Part shown: positions 29,754 through 40,789 of the stretch, piece after piece
Numbering within the stretch: the first letter of the stretch is position 1
Layout: every line of letters begins with the position of its first letter
From: an uncultured delta proteobacterium
GTDB taxonomy: Bacteria; Desulfobacterota; Desulfuromonadia; Geobacterales; DSM-12255
Length of the DNA stretch: 64,000 nt
Assembly: GCA_963787125.1 (NCBI GenBank)
Contig: CAWBBV010000004.1
Location: 64,001-128,000, forward strand
Direction of reading: 5' to 3'
Translations under genes and position numbers: made by a program
Notes under the pieces: model-generated
Databases searched by the model: none
Told to the model about the DNA's origin: nothing
The model's input: the letters and a program-made list of their open reading frames with translations, nothing else

Positions 29754-29990
29754 ATGAAAAAGATGATTTCGCTCGCACTTTGCCTGTCCCTGGCTCTTGC
29801 ATTCGCAGCTGGCTGCAAGAAAAAAGAAGAAGCACCAGCTCCTGCACCAGCTCCTGCTGCTGCTCCTGCACCAGTTCAGGGTCAGTCCACATCCAAGCAG
29901 ACTCCAGCACCGGCTGCTGCACCTGCAGCTGCTCCTGCTGAGAAAGCTCCTGCTGCACCAGCAGCACCTGCTGCTCCTGCTAAGAAGTAA
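29754..29990 (+). CDS. Small Ala/Pro-rich lipoprotein
   Basis: Lipobox FAAGC followed by KKKEE and APAPA low complexity; GAGG RBS; followed by a terminator. Confidence 0.85.
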   Translation: MKKMISLALCLSLALAFAAGCKKKEEAPAPAPAPAAAPAPVQGQSTSKQTPAPAAAPAAAPAEKAPAAPAAPAAPAKK

Positions 29991-30017
29991 TTCAGGCTTC
30001 CAAGTAATTGGAATCGG

Positions 30018-30049
30018 TGGCTCGCAGGTAACTGCGAGCCATTTTTTTT
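30018..30049 (+). terminator. Intrinsic terminator
   Basis: TGGCTCGCAG-GTAA-CTGCGAGCCA-T8. Confidence 0.88.
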
Positions 30050-30076
30050 AAATCAATCTAACTTTTGGAGAATTTT

Positions 30077-30490
30077 ATGGAAAGAACATTCGCAATTATC
30101 AAACCTGATGCAGTTGAAAGAAATCTTATCGGCAAGGTTCTCGACAAAATCGAAACTGCCGGTTTCAAAATTGTCGGCATGAAGAAGATGCAGCTCAGCC
30201 TTGCTCAGGCAGAAGGCTTCTACTATGTTCACAAAGAGCGTCCTTTTTTCGGCGAGCTCTGCGCGTTCATGTCGCGTAGCCCGGTAGTTCTTCTTTGCCT
30301 TGAAAAAAAGAATGCAATAGCTGACTGGCGTACGCTGATGGGGGCAACTAATCCGGCTAACGCCGACGCCGGCACCATCCGCAAAGAGTTTGCCAAAAAC
30401 ATCGAAGAGAATACGGTTCACGGCTCTGATGCAACCGAGACCGCTGCTTTCGAAATTCCCTACTTCTTCAGCGGCCTTGAACTTGTTTAA
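30077..30490 (+). CDS. ndk: Nucleoside diphosphate kinase
   Basis: [30 protein letters not shown]. Confidence 0.98.
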   Translation: MERTFAIIKPDAVERNLIGKVLDKIETAGFKIVGMKKMQLSLAQAEGFYYVHKERPFFGELCAFMSRSPVVLLCLEKKNAIADWRTLMGATNPANADAGTIRKEFAKNIEENTVHGSDATETAAFEIPYFFSGLELV

Positions 30491-30560
30491 GCGCTGAAAC
30501 CATGTCCGTAAACAATGAACCTGCCAACTGACCAGGCAAGGGTTTACCAAAATTGAGCTG

Positions 30561-30596
30561 AAAATGGCCGTCCACTCACTGGATGGCCATTTTTTT
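30561..30596 (+). terminator. Intrinsic terminator after ndk
   Basis: AAAATGGCCGTCCA-CTCAC-TGGATGGCCATTTTTTT. Confidence 0.82.
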
Positions 30597-30704
30597 ATAT
30601 GTAGCTGACAGGCTCATCCTTTACATTGAATTCAGCTCACCATTGAACATATCTCATTTTGTGTTAAGATTTTGGCCATATTCAGGAATCAGGGGGATTA
30701 ACCT

Positions 30705-32327
30705 ATGTCGGATTGGAATCGTTACCGTAAATATCTTTGTCATGTCGGTGAAATGGGGCTTTCGCTCGACATCAGCAGAATGAAGTTTGACGACGGTTTT
30801 TTCGAGCGGATGGAGCCCAACATGCAACAAGCTTTCGCTTCAATGAAGGCGCTTGAAGGCGGGGCTATCGCCAATCCGGACGAAGGGAGAATGGTGGGAC
30901 ACTACTGGCTGAGAGCTGCGGAGCTTGCACCGAACCAGGCAATGTCAACTGAGATCGAGTTTGCCATTCGTGCTATCAGGGAGTTCACCGCTGATTTGCA
31001 CGAAAGGATCATAACTCCCGCAAATGGGCACAGATTCTCTAAAATGCTGATAATCGGCATTGGGGGTTCGGCCCTCGGGCCGCAATTCGTCCTGGATGCG
31101 CTCAGCGGCTCCGGAGACTTTCTCAGACCCTTTTTCCTGGATAACAGCGATCCCGATGGGATGGAACGAGTTTTCGGGGAGATCGGTTCCGGACTCAAAG
31201 AGACACTGACGATTGTCATATCCAAGAGTGGCGGCACTAAAGAGACCCGTAACGGGATGCTTGAAACCATGGCCGCCTACAACAGCCGGGGGCTGGATTT
31301 TGCCAAACATGCTGTAGCGATTACCGGCGCTGGCAGTGAACTTGATGCCGTTGCCCTTGAACAGGGGTGGCTGGCACGGTTTCCGATGTGGGACTGGGTA
31401 GGTGGCCGCACTTCAGTCACTTCCGCAGTTGGACTGCTTCCGGCAGCCCTGCAGGGGATAGACATCGATGCGCTCCTGGAAGGGGCACGGATCTGTGACT
31501 CGATAACAAGGCGTCAGGAAACGTGCAAAAATCCGGCGGCACTCCTTGCACTTATGTGGTATTGCGGCTGCGGCGGCAACGGCGGGCGCGACATGGTGCT
31601 GCTCCCCTATAAAGACAGACTGCTCCTTTTTTCGCGCTATCTGCAACAGCTGATTATGGAGTCGATCGGCAAAGAGAAAGATCTATCCGGCAGAGTTGTC
31701 AACCAGGGGCTTTCTGTCTACGGCAACAAAGGGTCCACCGATCAGCATGCGTATGTCCAGCAGCTGCGCGAAGGGGTGAACAACTTTTTTGTGACGTTCA
31801 TAGAGGTGCTGAAGGAACGTGACGGCGAGCCGCTCATGGTTGAACCGGGGATCACAAGCGGCGACTATCTTTCAGGTTTCCTGCAGGGGACAAGGGAAGC
31901 GCTGGCTGAAGCAGGTCGGGAGTCGATGACAATAACTGTAGAGAAAATAGATGCTAAAACAATAGGTGTGCTGATAGCACTTTATGAACGTGCTGTCGGC
32001 CTCTACGCTTCGCTGGTAAACATTAATGCCTATCATCAGCCCGGGGTGGAAGCCGGCAAGAAAGCTGCTACGCAGGTGCTGCTGTTACAGGCGCAAGTGA
32101 TTGACTTTTTGGGAGCTGCTCCCGGCAACAACTTCACTGCGGAAGATATTGCCAAAGGTCTTGCTCTACCGGAAAAGGCGGAACAGGTGTTCAGAATCCT
32201 GCAGCATCTCGCGGCAAATCCGGGGCACCGGGTAAGGATGGAGGGAAAAGAGCCTCGCTGGGAGAGTTTATTTAGGGCCGATTCTCAAGTTAAGGGTGGC
32301 GAGGAACACTTCCTGAAGAAAGCATAG
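30705..32327 (+). CDS. pgi: Glucose-6-phosphate isomerase
   Basis: [46 protein letters not shown]. Confidence 0.97.
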   Translation: MSDWNRYRKYLCHVGEMGLSLDISRMKFDDGFFERMEPNMQQAFASMKALEGGAIANPDEGRMVGHYWLRAAELAPNQAMSTEIEFAIRAIREFTADLHERIITPANGHRFSKMLIIGIGGSALGPQFVLDALSGSGDFLRPFFLDNSDPDGMERVFGEIGSGLKETLTIVISKSGGTKETRNGMLETMAAYNSRGLDFAKHAVAITGAGSELDAVALEQGWLARFPMWDWVGGRTSVTSAVGLLPAALQGIDIDALLEGARICDSITRRQETCKNPAALLALMWYCGCGGNGGRDMVLLPYKDRLLLFSRYLQQLIMESIGKEKDLSGRVVNQGLSVYGNKGSTDQHAYVQQLREGVNNFFVTFIEVLKERDGEPLMVEPGITSGDYLSGFLQGTREALAEAGRESMTITVEKIDAKTIGVLIALYERAVGLYASLVNINAYHQPGVEAGKKAATQVLLLQAQVIDFLGAAPGNNFTAEDIAKGLALPEKAEQVFRILQHLAANPGHRVRMEGKEPRWESLFRADSQVKGGEEHFLKKA

Positions 32328-32708
32328 CAGACCGACCATCAGTGAGAACATCGCCAAGATGAAGATCAGGGAGACGGCCACTTTTGTGTCGATATTAGCG
32401 TAGGAACCGAAGAAAAGGATAGCGATGACTGCACAGACCATGAGGGCGGTAATGACGCAAGCTGTGATGGCAATATTTATGTAGCGGGCCCTGCGGGATA
32501 GTACTTTGAGGTTTTCCTTCAATGGCGCATCAGTTGCCGGCTCCGCAGCCTCAAGTCTCCCCTCCAGCAGCCGTGCCCGATCTATCACCCTCGCGAGCCG
32601 GTTGGTCATGACACTCAGGAACGCCCCGACGGCTGTCAGGAGGAATACCGGGGCGACTGACAACTGGATAGCATGGGCGACATCGCTGATGTCGGCAAGT
32701 GGACGCAT
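32268..32708 (-). CDS. DUF2721 family membrane protein
   Basis: [33 protein letters not shown]; three hydrophobic helices. Confidence 0.85.
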   Translation of the reverse strand: MRPLADISDVAHAIQLSVAPVFLLTAVGAFLSVMTNRLARVIDRARLLEGRLEAAEPATDAPLKENLKVLSRRARYINIAITACVITALMVCAVIAILFFGSYANIDTKVAVSLIFILAMFSLMVGLLCFLQEVFLATLNLRIGPK

Positions 32709-32788
32709 GAAAAGTCTCCTCTGAACTAATTTAGTTTAAAACATTAACCCATTCTCAGACCGCTGTAACTTTAAAAGGAGCTTCTCCC

Positions 32789-35740
32789 ATGATGAATGAA
32801 CCGGCAATAGTCAGGAGCAAATCACCGCTAGCGGCAAATCGTGCCTGGCTGCGTGAAAACATGCACCCCTATTACTTCATAAGCATGCAGGACGAGCCAA
32901 AAGCAAACGCCATGCTTGAGCGCGAACTGCAGATGCTGCGCGAAAATCGGCGAATGGTGCTGGCTGACAGGGAAAACTCCCTGGTGATAGCTCTGGTTAA
33001 CCATCCCGGGACGCTTTATGCAACTTTAAGTCGCCTCCACGAACGCGAAATATCATATGCCATGATTGCTCATTCAGAAGGGCCTCTGCCCGGCCTCGAG
33101 CAGTCGCTTGAGATCCAGCGTTTTGAATTTGACCGCAAAAGCAATCTGGAGATCATCGCCGGGAAAAATGTTAGCGTGCCGGAAGCGCTAAAGCGCAAAG
33201 TCAAAGCCGACTTGAAGAACAATTTCCCCGAATTCGTCATGAGCGATTTTGATCGATTACTCCAGTTACTCTGGCTTAACAATCAGAACTATGTCAAAAC
33301 CTCCAACCCTACAAGAGTAGCACAGATCCTGCTCCTTTTGCAGCGGGGAAACCGGAGCGGCGGTTTTTATCTTGGCTTTGAAGAGATGCCGGGGAGCAGA
33401 GAGTACCGGGTGCTGCTGGCGGTTGGCAACCCTCCGCAGCGGGATTTCCTGCTGCAGATAATGGAGATCTTCAACCGTCTCGATCTCGGGGTAAACAGGG
33501 CCTATTGCCTTACCATCTGTAACGGCACGCACCCCTACTTCCTCGGGACGTTTTACGTCAGAAGGCGTGACGGAGGAGTTCTTGATAAAGATAGTGAGGA
33601 TTTTACCAAACTCCGCAATGAACTCTCCACCACCCAGATTCTTGCAACTAGGTCGCACAGTTACCAGGAGTTCGTTGTCCCGCAGGTCATGGACGGTGAA
33701 GACGCCGCCCTGATGAACGTATTCATCGCCTTCTGCCATACCAATCTTGCCCACAACCGGCCTGACCGCTTCGGTCTGGATGATGTGGAGAGCGCCTTTC
33801 ATTCCCATCCGGAAATCTCGATGCAGCTTGCACGGCTGTTCCGGGCCCGTTTCGAGCCGGGAATAGCCGCCCGCGAGCAACTCTACGGCGCGCAGCTGCT
33901 TGAGTGCCGCCGCGCTGTCGAGGAATACAACACCGGCCATCGCTACCTTGACGGGGTTCGCCGGACAATCTTCTCCTGCTGCCTGGAATTCATCGTTCAC
34001 ACCCTCAAAACAAATTTCTTTGTTCTGGAAAAGCAGGCTGTTGCCTTCCGTCTCGATCCGGCGTACCTGGCAAAACTCGGCGATGAAGCAACCTCTGATC
34101 TCCCGGCCGCGACCCCCTTCAGGGTCACCTTCTTCTTCAGCCGTTTTGGCTTTGGCTATCACATCGGTTTTTCCGATATTGCCCGCGGTGGCTGGCGTAC
34201 AGTTATTGCCCGTACTGAAGACGACTTCATCACCTCTGCCAACAATCTATTCCGGGAAAATTTTGTCCTCGCCCATACCCAGCATTTCAAGAACAAGGAT
34301 ATCTATGAAGGTGGTTCAAAACTTGTAACCGTCCTGAATGTATCGGATCTGAAGCGTGAGGAGAGACCCCTTGAGGAATTGCGGCTCTTCAAACTCCAGT
34401 ACGGGATCACCAACGCCTTCCTCGACATTTATGTCACAAAAGACGGGGTTGCCGTTCATCCACAGGTTGTCGATTACTACCTTGAAGATGAGCCGATTGA
34501 GCTGGGGCCGGATGAAAACATGCATGACAGCATGGTCGAGGTGATCGCCCGAACCTCTGAAAAAAGGGGCTATATCCTTGGAATCGGGATTATGTCCAGC
34601 AAAAAAGTCGGCATAAACCATAAGGAGTATGGGGTCACCTCCGCCGGAGTGGTCAAATTCGCCGAAATAACCATGGAGGAGCTGGGGATAGATATTCGCC
34701 ACGACTGTTACAGCGTCAAGTTTACCGGCGGCACCAATGGTGATGTGGCCGGCAATGCGATGCGGCTGCTGCTGGAGCGCTCACCAAAAGTAAAGATTAC
34801 CCTGATACTTGACGGGACTGCCGCCCTTTACGACCCTCAAGGGGCGGATCACAAGGAGCTGCAGCGGATTCTTCTTAAGGAGGATCTTGACCGGTTTTCC
34901 CCGACGGCGCTTCACTCCGGCGGCTTCATGCTCTTTAGAAGCGGCAGTCAACGGGATGGACTGCGGGAACGCTACCGCAAGGTGAGCTGCACATCAGCCG
35001 GGCTCAAGGAGGAGTGGCTCTCGGTGGATGAGTTCTCCCGTGAATATGCGGCACTCCCCTTCAGCGTCAATGCCGATCTCTTTATTCCGGCCGGCGGCAG
35101 ACCTGAGACCATCGATGCCACCAATTGGGAGCGGTTTTTCCTGGATGACGGCACCCCTTCAGCCAAAGTGATCATCGAGGGCGCAAATTCATTCATAACC
35201 CCGGACGCCCGGACTTTGCTCCAGAAACGCGGCGTCATAATTATGAGGGATGCTTCGGCTAACAAATGCGGGGTTATCTCCTCTTCCTACGAAATCATCG
35301 CGAATCTGCTCCTTTCCAAAGAAGAGTTTCTGGCAGAAAAAGAGCGTTATGTCGGCGATGTTTTGGAGATTCTTGAGAAAAGGGCAGAAGACGAAGCACG
35401 GCTTATCTTGAGAAGACGACGCGAGCAACCGGGAACCCTTTGTACCGAGCTGTCAGATGCCATTAGCACCGATATAAATGCCAATTACAGCAGACTTTTC
35501 CGCTTCTTTCAGGAAAGACCGGAACTGGCGCTGCAGCCGCTTTACAAAAAGGCGATCCTTTCGCATCTGCCTAAAATGCTCCGGGAAGAACCACGCTACA
35601 GGCAACGGCTGAAGCGCCTCCCGCAAAAGTATCTCTCGGCAATTCTTGCCGCCGAGATAGGCTCGTCAATGGTTTATCGGGGTGATCGGGATGCAGCTTT
35701 CAACGATGAGGTGAAGTTGCATCTGGAGAGAAACTTCTGA
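32789..35740 (+). CDS. Large NAD-specific glutamate dehydrogenase
   Basis: DIARGGWR, KNKDIYEGGSK, LGPDENM, INHKEYGVTS, GDVAGN, IEGAN, DASANKCGV. Confidence 0.9.
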   Translation: MMNEPAIVRSKSPLAANRAWLRENMHPYYFISMQDEPKANAMLERELQMLRENRRMVLADRENSLVIALVNHPGTLYATLSRLHEREISYAMIAHSEGPLPGLEQSLEIQRFEFDRKSNLEIIAGKNVSVPEALKRKVKADLKNNFPEFVMSDFDRLLQLLWLNNQNYVKTSNPTRVAQILLLLQRGNRSGGFYLGFEEMPGSREYRVLLAVGNPPQRDFLLQIMEIFNRLDLGVNRAYCLTICNGTHPYFLGTFYVRRRDGGVLDKDSEDFTKLRNELSTTQILATRSHSYQEFVVPQVMDGEDAALMNVFIAFCHTNLAHNRPDRFGLDDVESAFHSHPEISMQLARLFRARFEPGIAAREQLYGAQLLECRRAVEEYNTGHRYLDGVRRTIFSCCLEFIVHTLKTNFFVLEKQAVAFRLDPAYLAKLGDEATSDLPAATPFRVTFFFSRFGFGYHIGFSDIARGGWRTVIARTEDDFITSANNLFRENFVLAHTQHFKNKDIYEGGSKLVTVLNVSDLKREERPLEELRLFKLQYGITNAFLDIYVTKDGVAVHPQVVDYYLEDEPIELGPDENMHDSMVEVIARTSEKRGYILGIGIMSSKKVGINHKEYGVTSAGVVKFAEITMEELGIDIRHDCYSVKFTGGTNGDVAGNAMRLLLERSPKVKITLILDGTAALYDPQGADHKELQRILLKEDLDRFSPTALHSGGFMLFRSGSQRDGLRERYRKVSCTSAGLKEEWLSVDEFSREYAALPFSVNADLFIPAGGRPETIDATNWERFFLDDGTPSAKVIIEGANSFITPDARTLLQKRGVIIMRDASANKCGVISSSYEIIANLLLSKEEFLAEKERYVGDVLEILEKRAEDEARLILRRRREQPGTLCTELSDAISTDINANYSRLFRFFQERPELALQPLYKKAILSHLPKMLREEPRYRQRLKRLPQKYLSAILAAEIGSSMVYRGDRDAAFNDEVKLHLERNF

Positions 35741-35742
35741 AA

Positions 35743-36009
35743 TCAAGGTTTGTAAACGCTTGCCAGATAATTGACAAGGACATGCATCTCTTCAGGAGAG
35801 AGTTTAGCCCCCTTGGTGATCATTCTGTCTACGCACTCGCGCCATTGGCTTTTTGACTTTCTGGCACTTTTGGGAATGTCCGTTTTGTGGCATACCCCGC
35901 AGCGGGCTTCCAGCAGTGAAGCACCGTCAACCGTCGTGCTTGTTTTGTTGCCGCCGGAACAGCCAAAAAGGAAAGTGACGGCTGCTAAAGTTAAACCCAG
36001 CTTTCCCAT
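35743..36009 (-). CDS. Monoheme cytochrome c lipoprotein
   Basis: Lipobox LFGC; CGVCH; W...VDRM. Confidence 0.85.
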   Translation of the reverse strand: MGKLGLTLAAVTFLFGCSGGNKTSTTVDGASLLEARCGVCHKTDIPKSARKSKSQWRECVDRMITKGAKLSPEEMHVLVNYLASVYKP

Positions 36010-36012
36010 GGA

Positions 36013-36399
36013 TTAACCGGCCGCCTGCTTGTCAAGAATACGCTGCCGATACTCAACTATCTCTGTCCGGAGCGCAGTCAGATTGGAGACCCTGCCATCA
36101 AGCGTTTCGATGTGGCTGTCCAGGGTCTTTAAGAGGGCGGGTATAAGTTTCTCGGTCTGCTTTGTCTCGCCGTAGAAAGAGTAAAGCGACTGCATCTCCT
36201 TGATGGTCAGGCCAAGATGTTTCAATTTCATAATGAACTTGATGCGTCTTACAAAGTAGGGGGTGTAGCCTCTGGCAGCGCCGTCGGCACGCTCTGCAGA
36301 TTCAATGATACCGACCTCTTCCCAATAGCGCAGGGTTCTGGTAGTGAGTCCGAGAGTCGCGGAGAGTTCGCTGATGGACGTCAACTGTTCTTCTGTCAT
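36013..36399 (-). CDS. MerR family transcriptional regulator
   Basis: SISELSATLGLTTRTLRYWEEVGII...LGLTIKEM; AAGGA RBS. Confidence 0.92.
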   Translation of the reverse strand: MTEEQLTSISELSATLGLTTRTLRYWEEVGIIESAERADGAARGYTPYFVRRIKFIMKLKHLGLTIKEMQSLYSFYGETKQTEKLIPALLKTLDSHIETLDGRVSNLTALRTEIVEYRQRILDKQAAG

Positions 36400-36422
36400 C
36401 TGATTTCCTTTTACGTAAAGTT

Positions 36423-36456
36423 TTGACAGTTTAGAATAGGCTCCATTTAATGTCAA
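36423..36456. promoter_or_regulatory. Superimposed divergent sigma-70 promoters
   Basis: Plus strand: TTGACA-17-TTTAAT. Minus strand: TTGACA-17-TAAACT, in the same 34 bp. Confidence 0.6.
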
Positions 36457-36534
36457 ACTCTTTGGCCTTAATGGTCTTTTTGCTAAGGTAACAAGCTTTT
36501 TACGTGATATGATGCCGTCCAATTAAACCGGTAA

Positions 36535-39500
36535 ATGAGGCAGATAATGAGAGATTCTGATAACATGAGAGAGTATTTCCCTTATTCAGTGCAGATCAGA
36601 AAGGCTGCATGGGAACGTTTCTCCCTTGCTGAAGTTCACAATGATCTGCGCCGTTCAGCTAAGCCCCGGATCATGTTCTACCGGGAACTTGCAGCAAGAC
36701 TGTCAAGCGGTGGAACAGCCGTTTTCGCCGGCGAGCTGAATCTTTACGCACTGCAACTAACCGTGCAGCGGCATCTGGTCAGCCTTTACCTGGAAAAGCA
36801 ATGTCCCGAAATCTTTCCCGCCCTGCTTGCCGTAGCCGGCATCTCTCCCGGATCAGCCCCTCTTGAAAAGCTTGCCGTTGCCTTTTGCAGGCTCTTCCCG
36901 GGCACCCCCTTTATCGACGACCCGGGGCTTGATCCGGTATGGTGGATTAAAAGCGGCGACAGTGAACTTGAGCGGGCGAAGATGCTTGTTACGGAGATAC
37001 TGATTCTCTCCGTTGCCGCATCAAACAGGGCACTAGAAAGCTTCAGAGAGGTAATCGACTGGAACGGCCTGCTGCTGGAAAGCTCATCAAAGGAGGTGGC
37101 TGACAGCGTTGAAAAGTTTCTTGACGCCGCCCCACCATTAACAGCTTTAGGGCTGACTCTTCCTGAAATCCTCCGTATGCCACAGAAGGCAGCGCCCAAC
37201 TCTCTTTACGAACAGCTTAAATTCATGACAGATCGTTGGCAGAGTGCGCTGCCGGCAGAAATTCTACCCGAGATTCTGGGCGCCTTTACCCTTGCCGAAG
37301 AAGAGGGGCGGATGTTCGCCCACCATGGTGAATTCACAGCCTCGGCGCCGGTGCTCCAGTTCGGCGCGCCTGCTGCCGACCCCGGAACTAATGACTATTA
37401 TCCTGAACCGGAAAGTTTCTCTGCCGATACCGACTGGATGCCGAATGTCGTCCTTTTGGCAAAGATGGTTTATGTCTGGCTCGGACAGCTCTCAAAAAAA
37501 TACGCTGTCGAGATAACAACCCTTGACCAGATACCGGATGAAGAGCTGGACCTGCTGGCCGGGTGGGGGGTTACCGGACTCTGGTTGATCGGACTCTGGG
37601 AGCGTTCCCCGGCATCTCAGCATATCAAGCAGATCTGCGGCAATCCCGAAGCTATTTCGTCAGCATATTCACTCTTCGACTATAGTATTGCCGCCGATCT
37701 TGGCGGGGAGGAGGCACTCTGGAAGTTCAGGGAGAAGGCCCTCAAGCGAGGCATCAGGCTGGCCAGCGACATGGTGCCGAACCATACCGGCCTTTATTCA
37801 AAGTGGATCATCGAGCATCCTGACTGGTTTGTGCAGCTAGAATACCCACCCTACCCTGCCTACCGCTTTACCGGGGTCGATCTCTCCTCCAATCCGGATA
37901 TCAGCCTGCAGATAGAGGACGGCTACTGGGAGCAACGGGATGCCGCCGTTGTTTTCAAGCACTACGATCACCGCGATGGCCGCACCCGCTATATCTACCA
38001 CGGCAATGACGGCAGCAGCACCCCCTGGAACGATACCGCCCAACTGAACTATCTGAATCCTGAAGTGCGTCAGGCTGTTATCGGCACCATTCTCCATGTG
38101 GCGCGGATGTTCCCGATAATCCGCTTTGATGCGGCCATGACTCTGGCGAAGAAGCATTATCAGCGGCTCTGGTTTCCGCAGCCGGGTCATGGCGGGATCC
38201 CTTCCCGGCCTGAGCACGGCATGACACGGGGCGAGTTTGATGCTGCCATGCCCGAGGAGTTCTGGCGGCAGGTGGTTGATACTATTGCCACCGATGCACC
38301 TGACACGCTGCTTCTGGCAGAAGCATTCTGGCTCATGGAAGGGTATTTCGTCCGGACGCTGGGGATGCACCGGGTCTACAACAGCGCCTTCATGAATATG
38401 CTGAAGATGGAGGAGAATGCCAAGTACCGCCAGACAATCAGGAACGTGCTGGAGTTCAATCCCCAGGTGCTGCAGCGTTTCGTCAACTTCATGAATAATC
38501 CCGACGAAAAGACAGCGGTAGAACAGTTCGGCAAGGAGAGCAAGTATATCGGTGCCGCAGTGCTGCTCGTTACCATGCCCGGCCTGCCGATGATCGGCCA
38601 TGGACAGATCGAGGGGTTCCATGAAAAATACGGGATGGAATACAAAAAATCCTACTGGGATGAGCCGGTTGACGAACACCTGGTAAAAGAACATGAAAGA
38701 AGGGTCTTCCCGCTGATGCGGCGGCGCTGGTTATTTTCAGGGGCAGATAATTTCAGGCTTTATGACTTTCTTGCAGGAGGGCATCCAAATGAGGATGTTT
38801 TTGCCTACTCAAACCGGGCGGGAGATCAAAGGGCGATTGTCCTTTACCATAATCGTTTTGCCTCGACTAGCGGCTACATCAACCACTCAACCTCTTTCGC
38901 CGTAAAAAATGACGCGGGCGAAATGGAGCAACGCTCAGCCACGCTCGGCGAGTCCCTTGGGTTTAATGGCGATGGGCGCCATTATTACGTTTACAGGGAT
39001 TATGCCGACGACAGCGAGTATATCCGTAATGGCAGAGAGCTTTGCAATGATGGATTTTCTATGGCCCTTTCCGCCTATGATTATCATGTGTTCATGGATT
39101 TCCGCGAAATCCGTGATGATGACTACGGCACATGGGGGAAGCTCTGTCACGCGCTTGAGGGGAGCGGAGTTCCCTCCATTGATGAGGAGGTCAAACAGAT
39201 CAGTTATGGGGCGCTCATCGACCTTTTGAGAATCCATCTGGAAAAGAGTCATGCGCTCCTTGCGGAGGGATTTGACCGGCTTTCACAGCAAGAGCTTCAC
39301 TCTGCCAGAACTGCGTTTGCGGCAAGGCAAGGGGAGTTTATGCATCAGCTGGCGACGCTTGCTTGTCCTGATGAACCTTTGCAAGATGCAGTCGCAGCGA
39401 TAGCAAAAGAGCTTGAATATATTGAAGCGGTAATTGCTGCGCAAGAGAAGATTCTGAAAGGGGAGACTGCAAGGCTGCTTGCTGCTGCATGGCTCGTTCT

Positions 39501-39972
39501 TCATCGGGTTGCCTTGAGTGGCGGTCAAGCAACCTCCTCAGAATTGGTGCACCGCTACGGCCTTGGAAGACCTCTTCAGGAGGAACTATCCGGAGAGGCT
39601 GCAGCGACTGGTGACGCGCTTGCCGAGCTGAATATCCCTGCTGTCATGGCGCTTTTCCGGCTGCTTCTCAAGTGGGAGGCTTTCCTGACGGCAGAGCGCA
39701 AAATTCTGGCAGTCGATATTGCCCTGCTATTTGAAGACCGGGATGTTGCTCTTTTCATCGGTCTCCATAAAGGGGATGGTCATCAGTGGTTTATCAAGGA
39801 GCGCTGGGAGATGATGTTTGCCTGGCTAAAATTTGCAGCCAAAATCAGCGCATCCGGCAGCAGTAAAGTTTTTGACGACAAAGAGACCGACAAGTTTATC
39901 AAGCTGCTTGTCGCTGCTGCCGAGGTTGCCGGCTACCGACTTGACAGGCTGCTGAAGGGTTTTGAATGCTGA
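36535..39972 (+). CDS. Alpha-amylase family (GH13) glycoside hydrolase
   Basis: DMVPNHTG, WNDTAQLNY, IRFDAAM, LAEAFW, FMNNPDE. Confidence 0.88.
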   Translation: MRQIMRDSDNMREYFPYSVQIRKAAWERFSLAEVHNDLRRSAKPRIMFYRELAARLSSGGTAVFAGELNLYALQLTVQRHLVSLYLEKQCPEIFPALLAVAGISPGSAPLEKLAVAFCRLFPGTPFIDDPGLDPVWWIKSGDSELERAKMLVTEILILSVAASNRALESFREVIDWNGLLLESSSKEVADSVEKFLDAAPPLTALGLTLPEILRMPQKAAPNSLYEQLKFMTDRWQSALPAEILPEILGAFTLAEEEGRMFAHHGEFTASAPVLQFGAPAADPGTNDYYPEPESFSADTDWMPNVVLLAKMVYVWLGQLSKKYAVEITTLDQIPDEELDLLAGWGVTGLWLIGLWERSPASQHIKQICGNPEAISSAYSLFDYSIAADLGGEEALWKFREKALKRGIRLASDMVPNHTGLYSKWIIEHPDWFVQLEYPPYPAYRFTGVDLSSNPDISLQIEDGYWEQRDAAVVFKHYDHRDGRTRYIYHGNDGSSTPWNDTAQLNYLNPEVRQAVIGTILHVARMFPIIRFDAAMTLAKKHYQRLWFPQPGHGGIPSRPEHGMTRGEFDAAMPEEFWRQVVDTIATDAPDTLLLAEAFWLMEGYFVRTLGMHRVYNSAFMNMLKMEENAKYRQTIRNVLEFNPQVLQRFVNFMNNPDEKTAVEQFGKESKYIGAAVLLVTMPGLPMIGHGQIEGFHEKYGMEYKKSYWDEPVDEHLVKEHERRVFPLMRRRWLFSGADNFRLYDFLAGGHPNEDVFAYSNRAGDQRAIVLYHNRFASTSGYINHSTSFAVKNDAGEMEQRSATLGESLGFNGDGRHYYVYRDYADDSEYIRNGRELCNDGFSMALSAYDYHVFMDFREIRDDDYGTWGKLCHALEGSGVPSIDEEVKQISYGALIDLLRIHLEKSHALLAEGFDRLSQQELHSARTAFAARQGEFMHQLATLACPDEPLQDAVAAIAKELEYIEAVIAAQEKILKGETARLLAAAWLVLHRVALSGGQATSSELVHRYGLGRPLQEELSGEAAATGDALAELNIPAVMALFRLLLKWEAFLTAERKILAVDIALLFEDRDVALFIGLHKGDGHQWFIKERWEMMFAWLKFAAKISASGSSKVFDDKETDKFIKLLVAAAEVAGYRLDRLLKGFEC

Positions 39973-40649
39973 AACGATGCTTTCTGTTTCTCACAGTTTT
40001 AACAGTCCTTGCAAGCTGTGCATCTGCGCCGCTGCAGCAAAATGCAGTTCACGGGCTTGCCATTGATACTCTTCAGGGATCCGTAAACATCTCCCTCTCT
40101 TCTCCTGCCGGTCAGATGGCTGGCAATGGCGCGCTCTTCTATAAACGACCGGACAGCTTCCGCATCTCCATTCTCGCTCCGTTTGGTCAAGTTATTTTTG
40201 ACATAATCGTCGAGGGGGAGCAGGTGCTCTGTCTTATGGAGAGCCGTAAAAAGGGGTGGCAGGGGAACGTAAGCGATATTCCTGGCTCCCTCGGCACGAA
40301 AATATGGCCGCTCCTGAAGTGGGTGATGGAGCCGCCGCATCCGCCCGGCCCCGCACTTGAGAGGGTTTTTAGTCGCAATAACGGAACAGTTGAAAAGATT
40401 TACTATGACACATCTGGTTTTGTGCTGCGCAAAGTCAATAATTTCAGCGACGAAATACTTTACAGCGACTATCAAATTGTCGAGAATATTGCATTTCCGG
40501 GCAAGATTGTCATAAAGACTGCTGCAGGGGACACTCTTGAGCTGGTATTTAACGAACCGGAGCTGAACCATCCAGTTGAAAGCGGCATTTTCACCCCGAA
40601 TCACGAAGGCTTTGATATTCTTCCCCTTGCTGAATTCAAAGGGTTTTGA
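39966..40649 (+). CDS. LolB/LolA-fold lipoprotein
   Basis: Lipobox LASC; KRPDSFRISILAPFGQ; YSDYQ...FPGKI. Confidence 0.7.
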   Translation: MLKRCFLFLTVLTVLASCASAPLQQNAVHGLAIDTLQGSVNISLSSPAGQMAGNGALFYKRPDSFRISILAPFGQVIFDIIVEGEQVLCLMESRKKGWQGNVSDIPGSLGTKIWPLLKWVMEPPHPPGPALERVFSRNNGTVEKIYYDTSGFVLRKVNNFSDEILYSDYQIVENIAFPGKIVIKTAAGDTLELVFNEPELNHPVESGIFTPNHEGFDILPLAEFKGF

Positions 40650-40698
40650 AACTGGCAATTAGCGTTTTCTTCTGCTATAAGAATTTAGTTTTTGGGTA

Positions 40699-40773
40699 CC
40701 CTGATAAACAGGATAAGTGCGTTAGCAAAGATATTTTCTGCCAGAAATGCACAGAAAATAACTTCTAACTTAC
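40699..40773 (+). repeat. 75-bp upstream element, copy 1
   Basis: CCCTGATAAACAGGATAAGTGCGTTAGCAAAGATATTTTCTG...CAGAAAATAACTTCTAACTTAC; near-identical to 52060-52134. Confidence 0.92.
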
Positions 40774-40789
40774 TAAAAGGAGATCTTCC

